Positions 9,221 to 16,058 of a DNA stretch of 33,189 nucleotides are shown in pieces. The stretch comes from an uncultured Rhabdothermincola sp. GTDB lineage: Bacteria; Actinomycetota; Acidimicrobiia; Acidimicrobiales; Acidimicrobilacustridaceae. Under the pieces are notes generated by a model that saw only the letters and a program-made list of their open reading frames with translations, searched no databases and was not told where the DNA came from. Both the position numbers and the translations under genes were made by a program. The stretch is taken from NCBI GenBank assembly GCA_964399375.1, contig CAYNQN010000006.1:1-33189 (forward strand). Reading direction: 5' to 3'. Numbering within the stretch: position 1 is the first letter of the stretch; each line of letters opens with the position of its first letter.

Positions 9221-9304
9221 GAACGCCCGGATCGTACTTGACCCGTCCCCCATCACGAACCTGCCTGCGCTCGTCGTCAACTCGATGACAGTGATCCGAC
9301 GACA

Positions 9305-9505
9305 CACAGGTAAGCGGTTGGAAGGAGAGCCGCAGACCGCTGCCCCTGGAGGGTCCGCAGAGACGGGCCGAGGTGTAGCATCGTGCCCAAGTCTCTCGGG
9401 TGGGGGAAGCCGGTCGAAGTCCGGCGCTGACCCGCAACCGTAGGCCTCCGTGGATCCTCCACGGGGGCGAGCCGGAGCACCTGCCCGAGAGCTGAAGCTC
9501 ACCAG
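9305..9505 (+). promoter_or_regulatory. Cobalamin (B12) riboswitch; the core is 9393-9491 and the outer boundaries are approximate
   Basis: The conserved core is GGGAAGCCGGTCGAAGTCCGGCGCTGACCCGCAACCGTAGG (9404-9444), including the CCGG-TCGAAGT-CCGG hairpin. A 9-bp hairpin follows at 9445-9467, then a B12-box-like GAGCCGGAGCACCTGCCC (9469-9486). CTCTCGGG (9393-9400) pairs with CCCGAGAG (9484-9491). It lies directly upstream of an ECF transporter operon. Confidence 0.8.
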
Positions 9506-9612
9506 TCCGTCGTGGTTCGCGGGAGGTGGCTCGAGTGCGAGGTGGCGATCTGCGAGATCGGCCCCCGGCCGGGCTCGCCGAGTGCGGACCCCAGATCCGG
9601 GAGGTCGCCGAG

Positions 9613-10623
9613 GTGCGCCGAGCTGGCTCGTGGCTCGTGGCAACCCTCGCTGCCCTCACGACGGCCGTCGTGCTCACGGGGCTGGCGACGATGTTCCCGA
9701 TGGCCGCGACGCCGGCGGGCGCCGCCGACACGGCCGCCACGACTCAAGGGGGCGTGGCGGTGAGCGGCCGGCCTTGCGGCCCGGGCGAGGGCGTGACGGT
9801 GATCGTCGACTTCACCACGATGCTCGACGAGATCCACGTCGCCTGCGCTCCCGGCAAGCAGCCGCACGGGTTCGCCGCCCTGCGAGCCGCTGGCTTCCGC
9901 ACCAGCTCAGAGGGCGGCGAGGGAAGGATCTGCACGATCGACGGCCGCCCCACCCAGGGCTACCCCTACTGCTGGACCACCGGCGGCTTCTGGTCGCACT
10001 GGAACGAGGGCGACTCGGGTGCCTGGGAGTTCAGCCAGGTGGGGGCGGGTCACGGGCCACTGGCTCCGGGCCACGTGAGCGGCTGGTCGTGGGCGCAGGA
10101 CTTCCGCCCGGCGGCGCCGCGGATCCCCGCAAGATGGGCCCCCCCGGCCGACGACGACGGGAACGACGGGAGCGACGACTCGCACGGCACGGACGGCGAC
10201 GGCGGAGGTGGGAGTGGCTCCGGCGAACCGGGTCCGATCGCAGCGATACCTCCAGGCGGCGCCGACGAACCAACCCCCGGGGGAGGTACGGGCGGCAGCG
10301 GGAGCACCACCTCCCCCGCCTCTCCGCAACCGGGGCAGGCCGGCGGCTCGGACGGCGACTCCCCCTCCGCTTCTCCCGACGCAGTCGACTCCACCCCGTT
10401 CGCGTCCGGGGACGGTGGCACCTCTTCGGGGTTGGGCGAGATGGAGCTGGCCAGCGGTGCCGACCCGGCAGGCGGAGCTACTGCCGGCGGAACGGTCGTC
10501 GGCGTCGCGGCCGGTGCGGGAGCGATCGCCGTCGTCGGCGCCGTAGCCGCCCTCTCGGCGCGTCGCAGGCACACCGCCCGAGGCTCGGGCCGAACCGGCG
10601 TACCTCCGTCGTCGATCCGATGA
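9613..10623 (+). CDS. Secreted, C-terminally membrane-anchored protein with a DUF4430 / transcobalamin beta-domain-like fold (putative extracellular cobalamin-binding protein)
   Basis: Frame of ORF 9526..10623. The preferred start is GTG 9613, 8 nt after GGGAGG (9599-9604), giving MRRAGSWLVATLAALTTAVVLTGLATMFPMAATPAGA-AD, which looks like a signal peptide. GTG 9526 is the alternative start. The domain segment GVTVIVDF...HGFAALRAAGF...ICTIDG...GGFWSHWNEGDSGAWEFSQVGAGHGPLAPGHVSGWSW fits my memory of the DUF4430 pattern. An ~140-aa D/G/S/P-rich linker follows, then a TM helix VVGVAAGAGAIAVVGAVAAL and RRRH. Confidence 0.6.
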   Translation: MRRAGSWLVATLAALTTAVVLTGLATMFPMAATPAGAADTAATTQGGVAVSGRPCGPGEGVTVIVDFTTMLDEIHVACAPGKQPHGFAALRAAGFRTSSEGGEGRICTIDGRPTQGYPYCWTTGGFWSHWNEGDSGAWEFSQVGAGHGPLAPGHVSGWSWAQDFRPAAPRIPARWAPPADDDGNDGSDDSHGTDGDGGGGSGSGEPGPIAAIPPGGADEPTPGGGTGGSGSTTSPASPQPGQAGGSDGDSPSASPDAVDSTPFASGDGGTSSGLGEMELASGADPAGGATAGGTVVGVAAGAGAIAVVGAVAALSARRRHTARGSGRTGVPPSSIR

Positions 10624-11831
10624 CGCACGTACGCAGGTTGGGGGATGACGGTCGGCGGAGCCCGGCGGGTCGGCTGCCCCGGGCGCTTCACCCAGGAGCC
10701 TGGTGGCTGTGGGCGCTGGGCATGGCCACGGCCGCCAGCCGCACCACCAACCCCGTGCTGCTCGGTCTCGTGGTCGCCGTGGTGGCCCTCGTGGTGGCTG
10801 CGCGCCGCACGGAGGCTCCCTGGGCCCGCGGCTTCAAGGCCTACCTCATCCTCGGGTTGGTGGTCATCGCCCTCCGTGTGGGCTTCCGGGCGCTATTGGG
10901 CAGCCAGACCGGCGAGCACGTGCTGTTCACCCTTCCCGAGATCCCCCTGCCCGACCTGGCCGCGGGGATCCGCATCGGGGGCCCGGTGGCGCTGGAGGGC
11001 TTGCTGGCCGCCCTCTACGACGGCATGCGCCTTGCCACCCTGCTCATCTGCCTCGGCGCAGCCAACGTGCTGGCCAACCCCAAGCGTCTCCTCAAGGCGC
11101 TGCCCAGCGCCCTGCACGAAGCCGGTGTGGCCGTCACCGTCGCGCTCACCATCGCTCCCCAGCTGGTCGAGAGCGCCCTGCGGGTGGGCAGGGCGAGAAA
11201 GCTCCGGGGCGAGCCCGGAAGGCGCCTGCGGTTGCTGCACGAGGTGGGGATCCCGGTGATGACCGATGCCCTCGAGAGGTCGCTGCTACTGGCGGCGGCC
11301 ATGGACTCACGCGGCTACGGCAGGGCCGGGACGCTGGCGCGCTCCACGAGGGCCGTCACGGGAGCACTGGTCGTGGGAGGGCTGGTGGGCGTGTGCGTGG
11401 GCACCTACGGGCTGCTCGACGCCAGCACCAGCCGCGCCCTCGGGCTGCCCATGTTGTTGGCGGGCGTGATCGTGGCCACGGTGGGGATGGTGATGGGCGG
11501 CCGCCGCGTGCGCACCAGCCGGTACCGCCCCGATCCGTGGAGGGCCCCCGAGTGGGCCGTGGCCGCGTCGGGCATCGCCGCCGCCGCCGTGATGATCGCC
11601 GTGGGCAACGTGGACCCGTCCAGCCTCAACCCCTCGCTGGAGCCCTTGCAGTGGCCGGCCGTCTCGGTCGCCCCTGTGGTGGGGATCCTCGTCGGGGCCC
11701 TCCCGGCATGGCTCGCACCGCCCGTGATGCTCACCGGCGCACCCCCGGCGACGCGCTCGGAGGAGTGGCTGGCCGGCGGGTCGGCGTTGCTCGAGACGAC
11801 TGATCGCCGGCAGGCGGAGCCGGCGCGGTGA
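10620..11831 (+). CDS. ecfT: ECF transporter transmembrane (T) component, CbiQ/EcfT family, with an extra C-terminal membrane extension (403 aa)
   Basis: ATG 10620 overlaps the upstream stop (ATGA). The protein is polytopic and hydrophobic. It has EcfT coupling-helix motifs (ALRVGRARKLRG and LLLAAAMDSRGYG). About 150 additional C-terminal residues carry further hydrophobic segments. Confidence 0.8.
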   Translation: MTHVRRLGDDGRRSPAGRLPRALHPGAWWLWALGMATAASRTTNPVLLGLVVAVVALVVAARRTEAPWARGFKAYLILGLVVIALRVGFRALLGSQTGEHVLFTLPEIPLPDLAAGIRIGGPVALEGLLAALYDGMRLATLLICLGAANVLANPKRLLKALPSALHEAGVAVTVALTIAPQLVESALRVGRARKLRGEPGRRLRLLHEVGIPVMTDALERSLLLAAAMDSRGYGRAGTLARSTRAVTGALVVGGLVGVCVGTYGLLDASTSRALGLPMLLAGVIVATVGMVMGGRRVRTSRYRPDPWRAPEWAVAASGIAAAAVMIAVGNVDPSSLNPSLEPLQWPAVSVAPVVGILVGALPAWLAPPVMLTGAPPATRSEEWLAGGSALLETTDRRQAEPAR

Positions 11832-13447
11832 TCACCTTCGAGTCGGTATCCATCACCTACCCCGGCGCAACGTCGCCCACCCTGCACGACGTGGACCTGG
11901 TGATCGAGGAGGGAGAGCTCTGCCTCGTCGTCGGCTCCACGGGCTCGGGCAAGTCCACGCTGCTGGGCGCCATCAACGGGCTGGTCCCCCACTTCACCGG
12001 CGGGCACCTGGGGGGGAGCGTGCGGGTGGACGGGCGCGAGACGCGCACGCACCCGCCGCGCGAGCTGGCCGACGTGGTGGGGGTGGTGGGGCAGGATCCG
12101 CTCTCGGGCTTCGTCACCGACACCGTCGAAGAGGAGCTGGCCTACTGCATGGAGCAGCTGGCCCTGCCACCCCAGGCCATGCGCAAGCGCGTGGAGGAGA
12201 TCCTCGACCTCCTCGGCATCGCCGAGCTGCGATCCAGGCCGCTGCGCACGCTCTCCGGGGGCCAGCAGCAGAGGGTTGCGATCGGTTCGGTGCTCACAGC
12301 GCACCCGCGCATCCTGGTGCTCGACGAGCCGACCTCCGCCCTCGACCCCACTGCCGCAGAGGAGGTGCTGGCCGCCATCACCCGCCTGGTCCACGACCTC
12401 GGGGTGACCGTGGTGATCGCCGAGCACCGACTGGAGCGGGTGGTCCAGTACGCCGACCGGGTCGTCGAGCTCCTGGACGGAGGCACCGTAGAGACGGGGC
12501 GACCCGCTGAGGTCTTCGCCAAAGCCACCCTCGCTCCCCCGGTGGTGCAGCTCGGGCGCCTGTGCGGTTGGGAACCCCTTCCCCTTTCGGTGCGCGAGGC
12601 ACGACGCCAGGCTCCGGAGCTGCGGGGGAGGCTTTCGACCACCTCGGTGCCGCGCCGCGAGGGTGTTGAGGGCGGCACTGTCCTACGTGCCCGCTCGGTG
12701 GTCGTGCGCTACGGAGAGCTCGTGGCGGTCCGGGAGGTCGACCTCGACCTGCACGCGGGCCAGGTGGTGGCCCTCATGGGCCGCAACGGATCTGGCAAGT
12801 CGTCGCTGCTCTGGGCGCTCCAGGGAAGCGGGCGCCGCCACGACGGCACGGTGGAGGTGAACGGCTCCGACCCCGGGGCACAGCCCGCCCGACAGGCCCG
12901 CCAGCTGGTGGGACTGGTGCCGCAGACGCCGGCCGACCTGCTCTTCCTCACGACGGTGGGCAACGAGCTCGCTCAGGCCGACAGCGACGCGGGGGCACCT
13001 CCGGGCACCGCAGCCGCCCTGCTGGAGCGCCTGGTGGGGCCGACGACCCTCGACATCCACCCCGCCGACCTGTCGGAGGGCCAGAAGCTCGCTCTGGTCC
13101 TGGCCATCCAGCTCACAGCCGCGCCCGACGTCGTGCTGCTCGACGAGCCCACGAGGGGCCTCGACTACGGGGCCAAGGCACAGCTCACCGGCATCCTCAC
13201 AACCCTGGCCGCCCAAGGCACCGCCGTGGTGGTGGCCACCCACGACGTGGAGTTCGTGGCAGGGGTGGCCCACCGCGTGGTCGTGATGGCGACCGGAGAG
13301 GTGGTGGCCGACGGGCCCGCCGCCGAGGTCGTCGGCACGTCTCCCGCCTTCGCACCCCAGGTAGCTCGAATACTGCACCCCGAGCCGTGGCTCACGGTGG
13401 AAGAGGTGGCGTCGGCATTGCGGGAGCTGGAGGGCGCGACGCCATGA
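11828..13447 (+). CDS. Fused tandem ABC ATPase (EcfA-EcfA') of an ECF transporter (539 aa)
   Basis: There are two complete nucleotide-binding domains: Walker A GSTGSGKST and GRNGSGKSS, signatures LSGGQQQRV and LSEGQKLAL, Walker B ILVLDEPTS and VVLLDEPTR. The GTG start overlaps the EcfT stop (GTGA). Confidence 0.9.
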   Translation: MITFESVSITYPGATSPTLHDVDLVIEEGELCLVVGSTGSGKSTLLGAINGLVPHFTGGHLGGSVRVDGRETRTHPPRELADVVGVVGQDPLSGFVTDTVEEELAYCMEQLALPPQAMRKRVEEILDLLGIAELRSRPLRTLSGGQQQRVAIGSVLTAHPRILVLDEPTSALDPTAAEEVLAAITRLVHDLGVTVVIAEHRLERVVQYADRVVELLDGGTVETGRPAEVFAKATLAPPVVQLGRLCGWEPLPLSVREARRQAPELRGRLSTTSVPRREGVEGGTVLRARSVVVRYGELVAVREVDLDLHAGQVVALMGRNGSGKSSLLWALQGSGRRHDGTVEVNGSDPGAQPARQARQLVGLVPQTPADLLFLTTVGNELAQADSDAGAPPGTAAALLERLVGPTTLDIHPADLSEGQKLALVLAIQLTAAPDVVLLDEPTRGLDYGAKAQLTGILTTLAAQGTAVVVATHDVEFVAGVAHRVVVMATGEVVADGPAAEVVGTSPAFAPQVARILHPEPWLTVEEVASALRELEGATP

Positions 13448-14382
13448 CATCCCAGGGGTCCGGCCCATCCGTCCTCGCTCCGGCCAACGCTGTCGGCCCG
13501 GGCCACCCGGCCGAGCCCTCGGCGGGACGCCGCCAAAGTGCCCTGCGGGTGAGGCCCAGGCCGGCGGCGGTCCTCGCGGTCGCGTCCTTGGCGGGCCTCG
13601 CCATGTTCTGCTGGCCGCTGCTGGTGAAGCCGCCCGAGGGACTGGCGCACCAGACCGACGCCCCCTTTATCTTCGTGCTGATCCTGCCGCTGGTGCTGGC
13701 CGTGATCCTGGCCGAGCTGCACGCGCCCGGCGCCCCCGCTCGCTCGGGAGGCCCGCCCGGACCCGCACGCGCAGGGGGTATGGACATCAAGGCCCTCGCC
13801 ATGTTGGGCGTGCTCGCCGCCGTGGGCGCCGCACTGCGGCCCCTCGGAGCGGGCCTCGCCGGCATCGAGCCCATGTTCTTCCTGCTCGTGCTGGGCGGCA
13901 GGGCCTACGGACCCGGCTTCGGCTTCGTGCTGGGTTCCACCACCATGTTCGCCTCCGCCCTGCTGACTGGGGGCGTGGGGCCATGGCTCCCGTTCCAGAT
14001 GCTCGCCGCATCGTGGATGGGCATGGGAGCGGGCCTGCTGCCCCGAGCGTCCGGGAAGACGGAGATAGCGATGCTGGCCGCATACGGAGCGGTCTCCTCC
14101 ATCGCCTACGGCGCCCTGCTCAACCTCTGGTTCTGGCCCTTCAGCGTGGGACTCAGCACAGACGTGTCGTACATCCCGGGGGCTCCGGTGCTCGAGAACC
14201 TGCACCGCTTCCTGACGTTCACGTTCTACACGTCGGTCCTGGGCTGGGACGTGGGCCGGGCCGTGATCACGACGGTCGCCATCGTGGTGCTGGGCTCACC
14301 CGTGCTGTTCGCCCTCCGCCGCGCCATCCGCAAGGCCGCCTTCGACGCCCCGGTCGCGTTCGGGTTGGGAGAGGGCGGCTGA
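13444..14382 (+). CDS. ECF transporter substrate-specific (S) component, unusually long (312 aa); putative cobalamin-specific
   Basis: ATG 13444 overlaps the ATPase stop (ATGA). There are about 6 hydrophobic segments (for example FIFVLILPLVLAVILAEL, ALAMLGVLAAVGAAL, MFFLLVLGGRAYGPGFGFVLGSTTMFASALL). Its position as the last gene of a T-AA'-S module behind a B12 riboswitch supports the call. The family assignment rests on context and topology, not on a motif I can name. Confidence 0.6.
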   Translation: MTSQGSGPSVLAPANAVGPGHPAEPSAGRRQSALRVRPRPAAVLAVASLAGLAMFCWPLLVKPPEGLAHQTDAPFIFVLILPLVLAVILAELHAPGAPARSGGPPGPARAGGMDIKALAMLGVLAAVGAALRPLGAGLAGIEPMFFLLVLGGRAYGPGFGFVLGSTTMFASALLTGGVGPWLPFQMLAASWMGMGAGLLPRASGKTEIAMLAAYGAVSSIAYGALLNLWFWPFSVGLSTDVSYIPGAPVLENLHRFLTFTFYTSVLGWDVGRAVITTVAIVVLGSPVLFALRRAIRKAAFDAPVAFGLGEGG

Positions 14383-14411
14383 CCGGTCCCGGCGACCAGC
14401 CGCCCCTCTCC
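14368..14411. terminator. GC-rich hairpin spanning the S-component stop codon, between convergent genes
   Basis: GGAGAGGGCGGCTG (14368-14381) pairs with CAGCCGCCCCTCTCC (14397-14411), with one bulged G. The loop is 15 nt. Confidence 0.5.
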
Positions 14412-14448
14412 TTCCCGGCCGCCGTGGGCGGCGCGGCTCAGATCTCGA

Positions 14449-15051
14449 TCACCGGTCCAGCTGGATGTCGGCCGGTGGCGTGATCAGCTCGTGGACCACC
14501 CAGCGGGCCATGAGCGACTCGAGGAGCTCGACGAGATCGGCCTCCTGCGGGGAGCCGATGGGGGCGGTGGTGCGGGCGAAGGCGACGGAGACCGCCGTGG
14601 CACGGTCGCGACGCAACCCCAGCGAGACCACCTCGGGCATGGGACCGGCTTCGTCCACCAGTCCCTCGCCCACCGAGTAGGCCACCTCGGCATCGAGCGT
14701 GACAGCGAACGTGAAGAGGTTCTCGTCGCCACGGGGAAGCCGGTAGATCCCGCCGGAAAGGGCAGCCCCGCCCGGGGGCGTCCCGATGTCTATCGACGGC
14801 TCAGCGCAGTCGGGCAAGCCCACCAGGCACAGGCCCTCGCCCTCCTGGGCGAGCCTGTGAGCCTGCGACACGGCGCAGCGGAACTGCGCAGGCGCCATGA
14901 GCAGAGCCCCGTCGGGAACGCAGCTGTGATCGTGGGGACGCACGTCGACCACGATGCGCGAACCGTCGCGAACCCTGGCCCGCATGTCGCCGAACGCGTG
15001 GACGAGCGTCGCGGCCGCCCTGAACGCCGTGAGAGCCGAGTCGGAGAGCAC
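14449..15051 (-). CDS. Hypothetical protein (200 aa) with no family recognised
   Basis: ORF-track 14449..15051(-) with a GTG start. Third-codon-position G/C is strongly enriched when the codons are read by eye, which supports real coding. It has four Cys residues and no motif I can name. Confidence 0.6.
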   Translation of the reverse strand: MLSDSALTAFRAAATLVHAFGDMRARVRDGSRIVVDVRPHDHSCVPDGALLMAPAQFRCAVSQAHRLAQEGEGLCLVGLPDCAEPSIDIGTPPGGAALSGGIYRLPRGDENLFTFAVTLDAEVAYSVGEGLVDEAGPMPEVVSLGLRRDRATAVSVAFARTTAPIGSPQEADLVELLESLMARWVVHELITPPADIQLDR

Positions 15052-15060
15052 GAGGGATAT

Positions 15061-15076
15061 GTTAGGGCACCCTAAC
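15061..15076. promoter_or_regulatory. Perfect 16-bp palindrome GTTAGGGCACCCTAAC, a candidate operator in a divergent promoter region
   Basis: GTTAGGG-CA-CCCTAAC reads identically on both strands apart from the central CA/TG. It lies 10 nt upstream of the minus-strand GTG at 15051, in the only clearly lower-GC intergenic stretch of the window (15052-15216). The core GGGCACCCT recurs at 9114-9122, upstream of the haemoglobin gene. Confidence 0.45.
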
Positions 15077-15216
15077 TATTGAGATCAAGGGCAGATACCA
15101 AGCTGCCGATGCGAGCGGCACAACGAGAGAGCGGGTTGGGTGGGTGGGAAACCGCTGGTAGGCATGCACACGTTGGGCGATGATCTTGAGTAGCGGCCAG
15201 CCAACAGGAGGCGCAC

Positions 15217-15567
15217 ATGTCGAAGGACGACAAGACCAGCTCGCTCGAAGACAGGATCGACGACCTCGAGAAGCAGCTGAAGAAGTTGCGCAAGCAGCTC
15301 GCCCAGTCCGAGATCGACCAGTGGCGCGCCCGCATCGAAGACCTGGAGGTGCAGCTCGACCTGGGGTCGAAGGAGGCACGGGATCGGCTGAGCCCGTTCG
15401 TGGAGCAGCTGCGCAACACCTGGCTCGACGCCAAGCGGCAGGCCGACAGCGCCACCTCGGCCGCTTCGGACGTGGCCGACAAGCTGCGCAGCGGCCTGGA
15501 GCAGGCCATGGACGAGATCCGCTCAGCGGTGACGTCGGCCAAGGACCGCCTGGACCGCGGCGAGTAG
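15217..15567 (+). CDS. Small coiled-coil protein (116 aa), function unknown
   Basis: A strong RBS (AGGAGG) sits 5 nt before ATG 15217. The sequence is heptad-like and rich in charged residues (LEDRIDDLEKQLKKLRKQLAQSEIDQWRARIEDLEVQL...). Codon bias is good. Confidence 0.7.
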   Translation: MSKDDKTSSLEDRIDDLEKQLKKLRKQLAQSEIDQWRARIEDLEVQLDLGSKEARDRLSPFVEQLRNTWLDAKRQADSATSAASDVADKLRSGLEQAMDEIRSAVTSAKDRLDRGE

Positions 15568-15573
15568 GCGGGG

Positions 15574-15984
15574 GTGCAGCTCGACCGCAACGGCCTGGAG
15601 GTCCTCGACCGCGACGAGTGCCTGCGCCTCCTGGGCACCACCGCTCTGTGCAGGGTGGGGGTGAACGTCGGATCGTTGCCGATGATCCTGCCGGTGAACT
15701 TCGCCGTCGACGGCGACATCCTGGTGATCAGGTCGGCCAAGGGCACGAAGCTCGACACCGCCCTTCACAACACCGTCATCGTGGTCGAAGCCGACGAGTT
15801 CGATCCCGCCGATTCCAGTGGCTGGAGCGTGATGGTGAGGGGCCGCTCGTTCGAGATCGTGGACCCTGTCCAGCTGGAGCGGGTGGCCAACCTCAACCTG
15901 CAGTCGTGGTCGGCGGAGCGCTTCCACCGCTACATGGGGGTGCACATCGAGACGATCACCGGCCGGCGGCTCGTCGACGACTGA
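15574..15984 (+). CDS. Pyridoxamine 5'-phosphate oxidase-fold (split beta-barrel flavin/deazaflavin-binding) family protein (136 aa)
   Basis: LDRDECLRLLGTTALCRVGV...LPMILPVNFAVDGDILVIRSAKGTKL...VVEADEFDP...GWSVMVRGRSFEI resembles the PNPOx-like Pyridox_ox_2 type. The GTG start is 6 nt after the upstream stop. Confidence 0.7.
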   Translation: MQLDRNGLEVLDRDECLRLLGTTALCRVGVNVGSLPMILPVNFAVDGDILVIRSAKGTKLDTALHNTVIVVEADEFDPADSSGWSVMVRGRSFEIVDPVQLERVANLNLQSWSAERFHRYMGVHIETITGRRLVDD

Positions 15985-16014
15985 CCGAGCCTGCCGGCCG
16001 CACACGCCTGGCCC

Positions 16015-16039
16015 AGTGCGCCTCGCCTAGTGCGCCTCG
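16015..16039. repeat. Tandem direct repeat AGTGCGCCTCG x2 (14-nt period) in a convergent intergenic region
   Basis: AGTGCGCCTCG at 16015-16025 and again at 16029-16039, read directly from the sequence. Confidence 0.6.
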
Positions 16040-16058
16040 GCGGGCACGCTCCGAACGC

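Noticed and set aside
9221-9304. Promoter for the riboswitch operon (TTGACC at 9238-9243; ATGACA at 9285-9290).
   Set aside because: No acceptable TANNNT -10 element lies at 16-19 nt spacing from either -35-like hexamer, so I could not support a call.
10130-10480. Repetitive Gly/Ser/Asp/Pro-coding stretch that might be a tandem DNA repeat or a contingency locus.
   Set aside because: It is compositionally biased but not a regular tandem repeat at the nucleotide level. It is best explained as a disordered linker within the DUF4430-like surface protein.
15061-15076. Identification of the 16-bp palindrome as a DosR/DevR box.
   Set aside because: The DosR consensus as I recall it has GGGAC and GTCCC half-sites separated by 4 nt. 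Here the half-sites are TTAGGG and CCCTAA with a 2-nt spacer. The similarity is limited to the G-run, so no regulator is named.
16015-16039. The tandem AGTGCGCCTCG x2 repeat as a regulatory or CRISPR-like repeat.
   Set aside because: There are only two copies with a 3-nt spacer, located between convergent stop codons. The likeliest explanation is a small slippage duplication. It is recorded as a repeat feature only.
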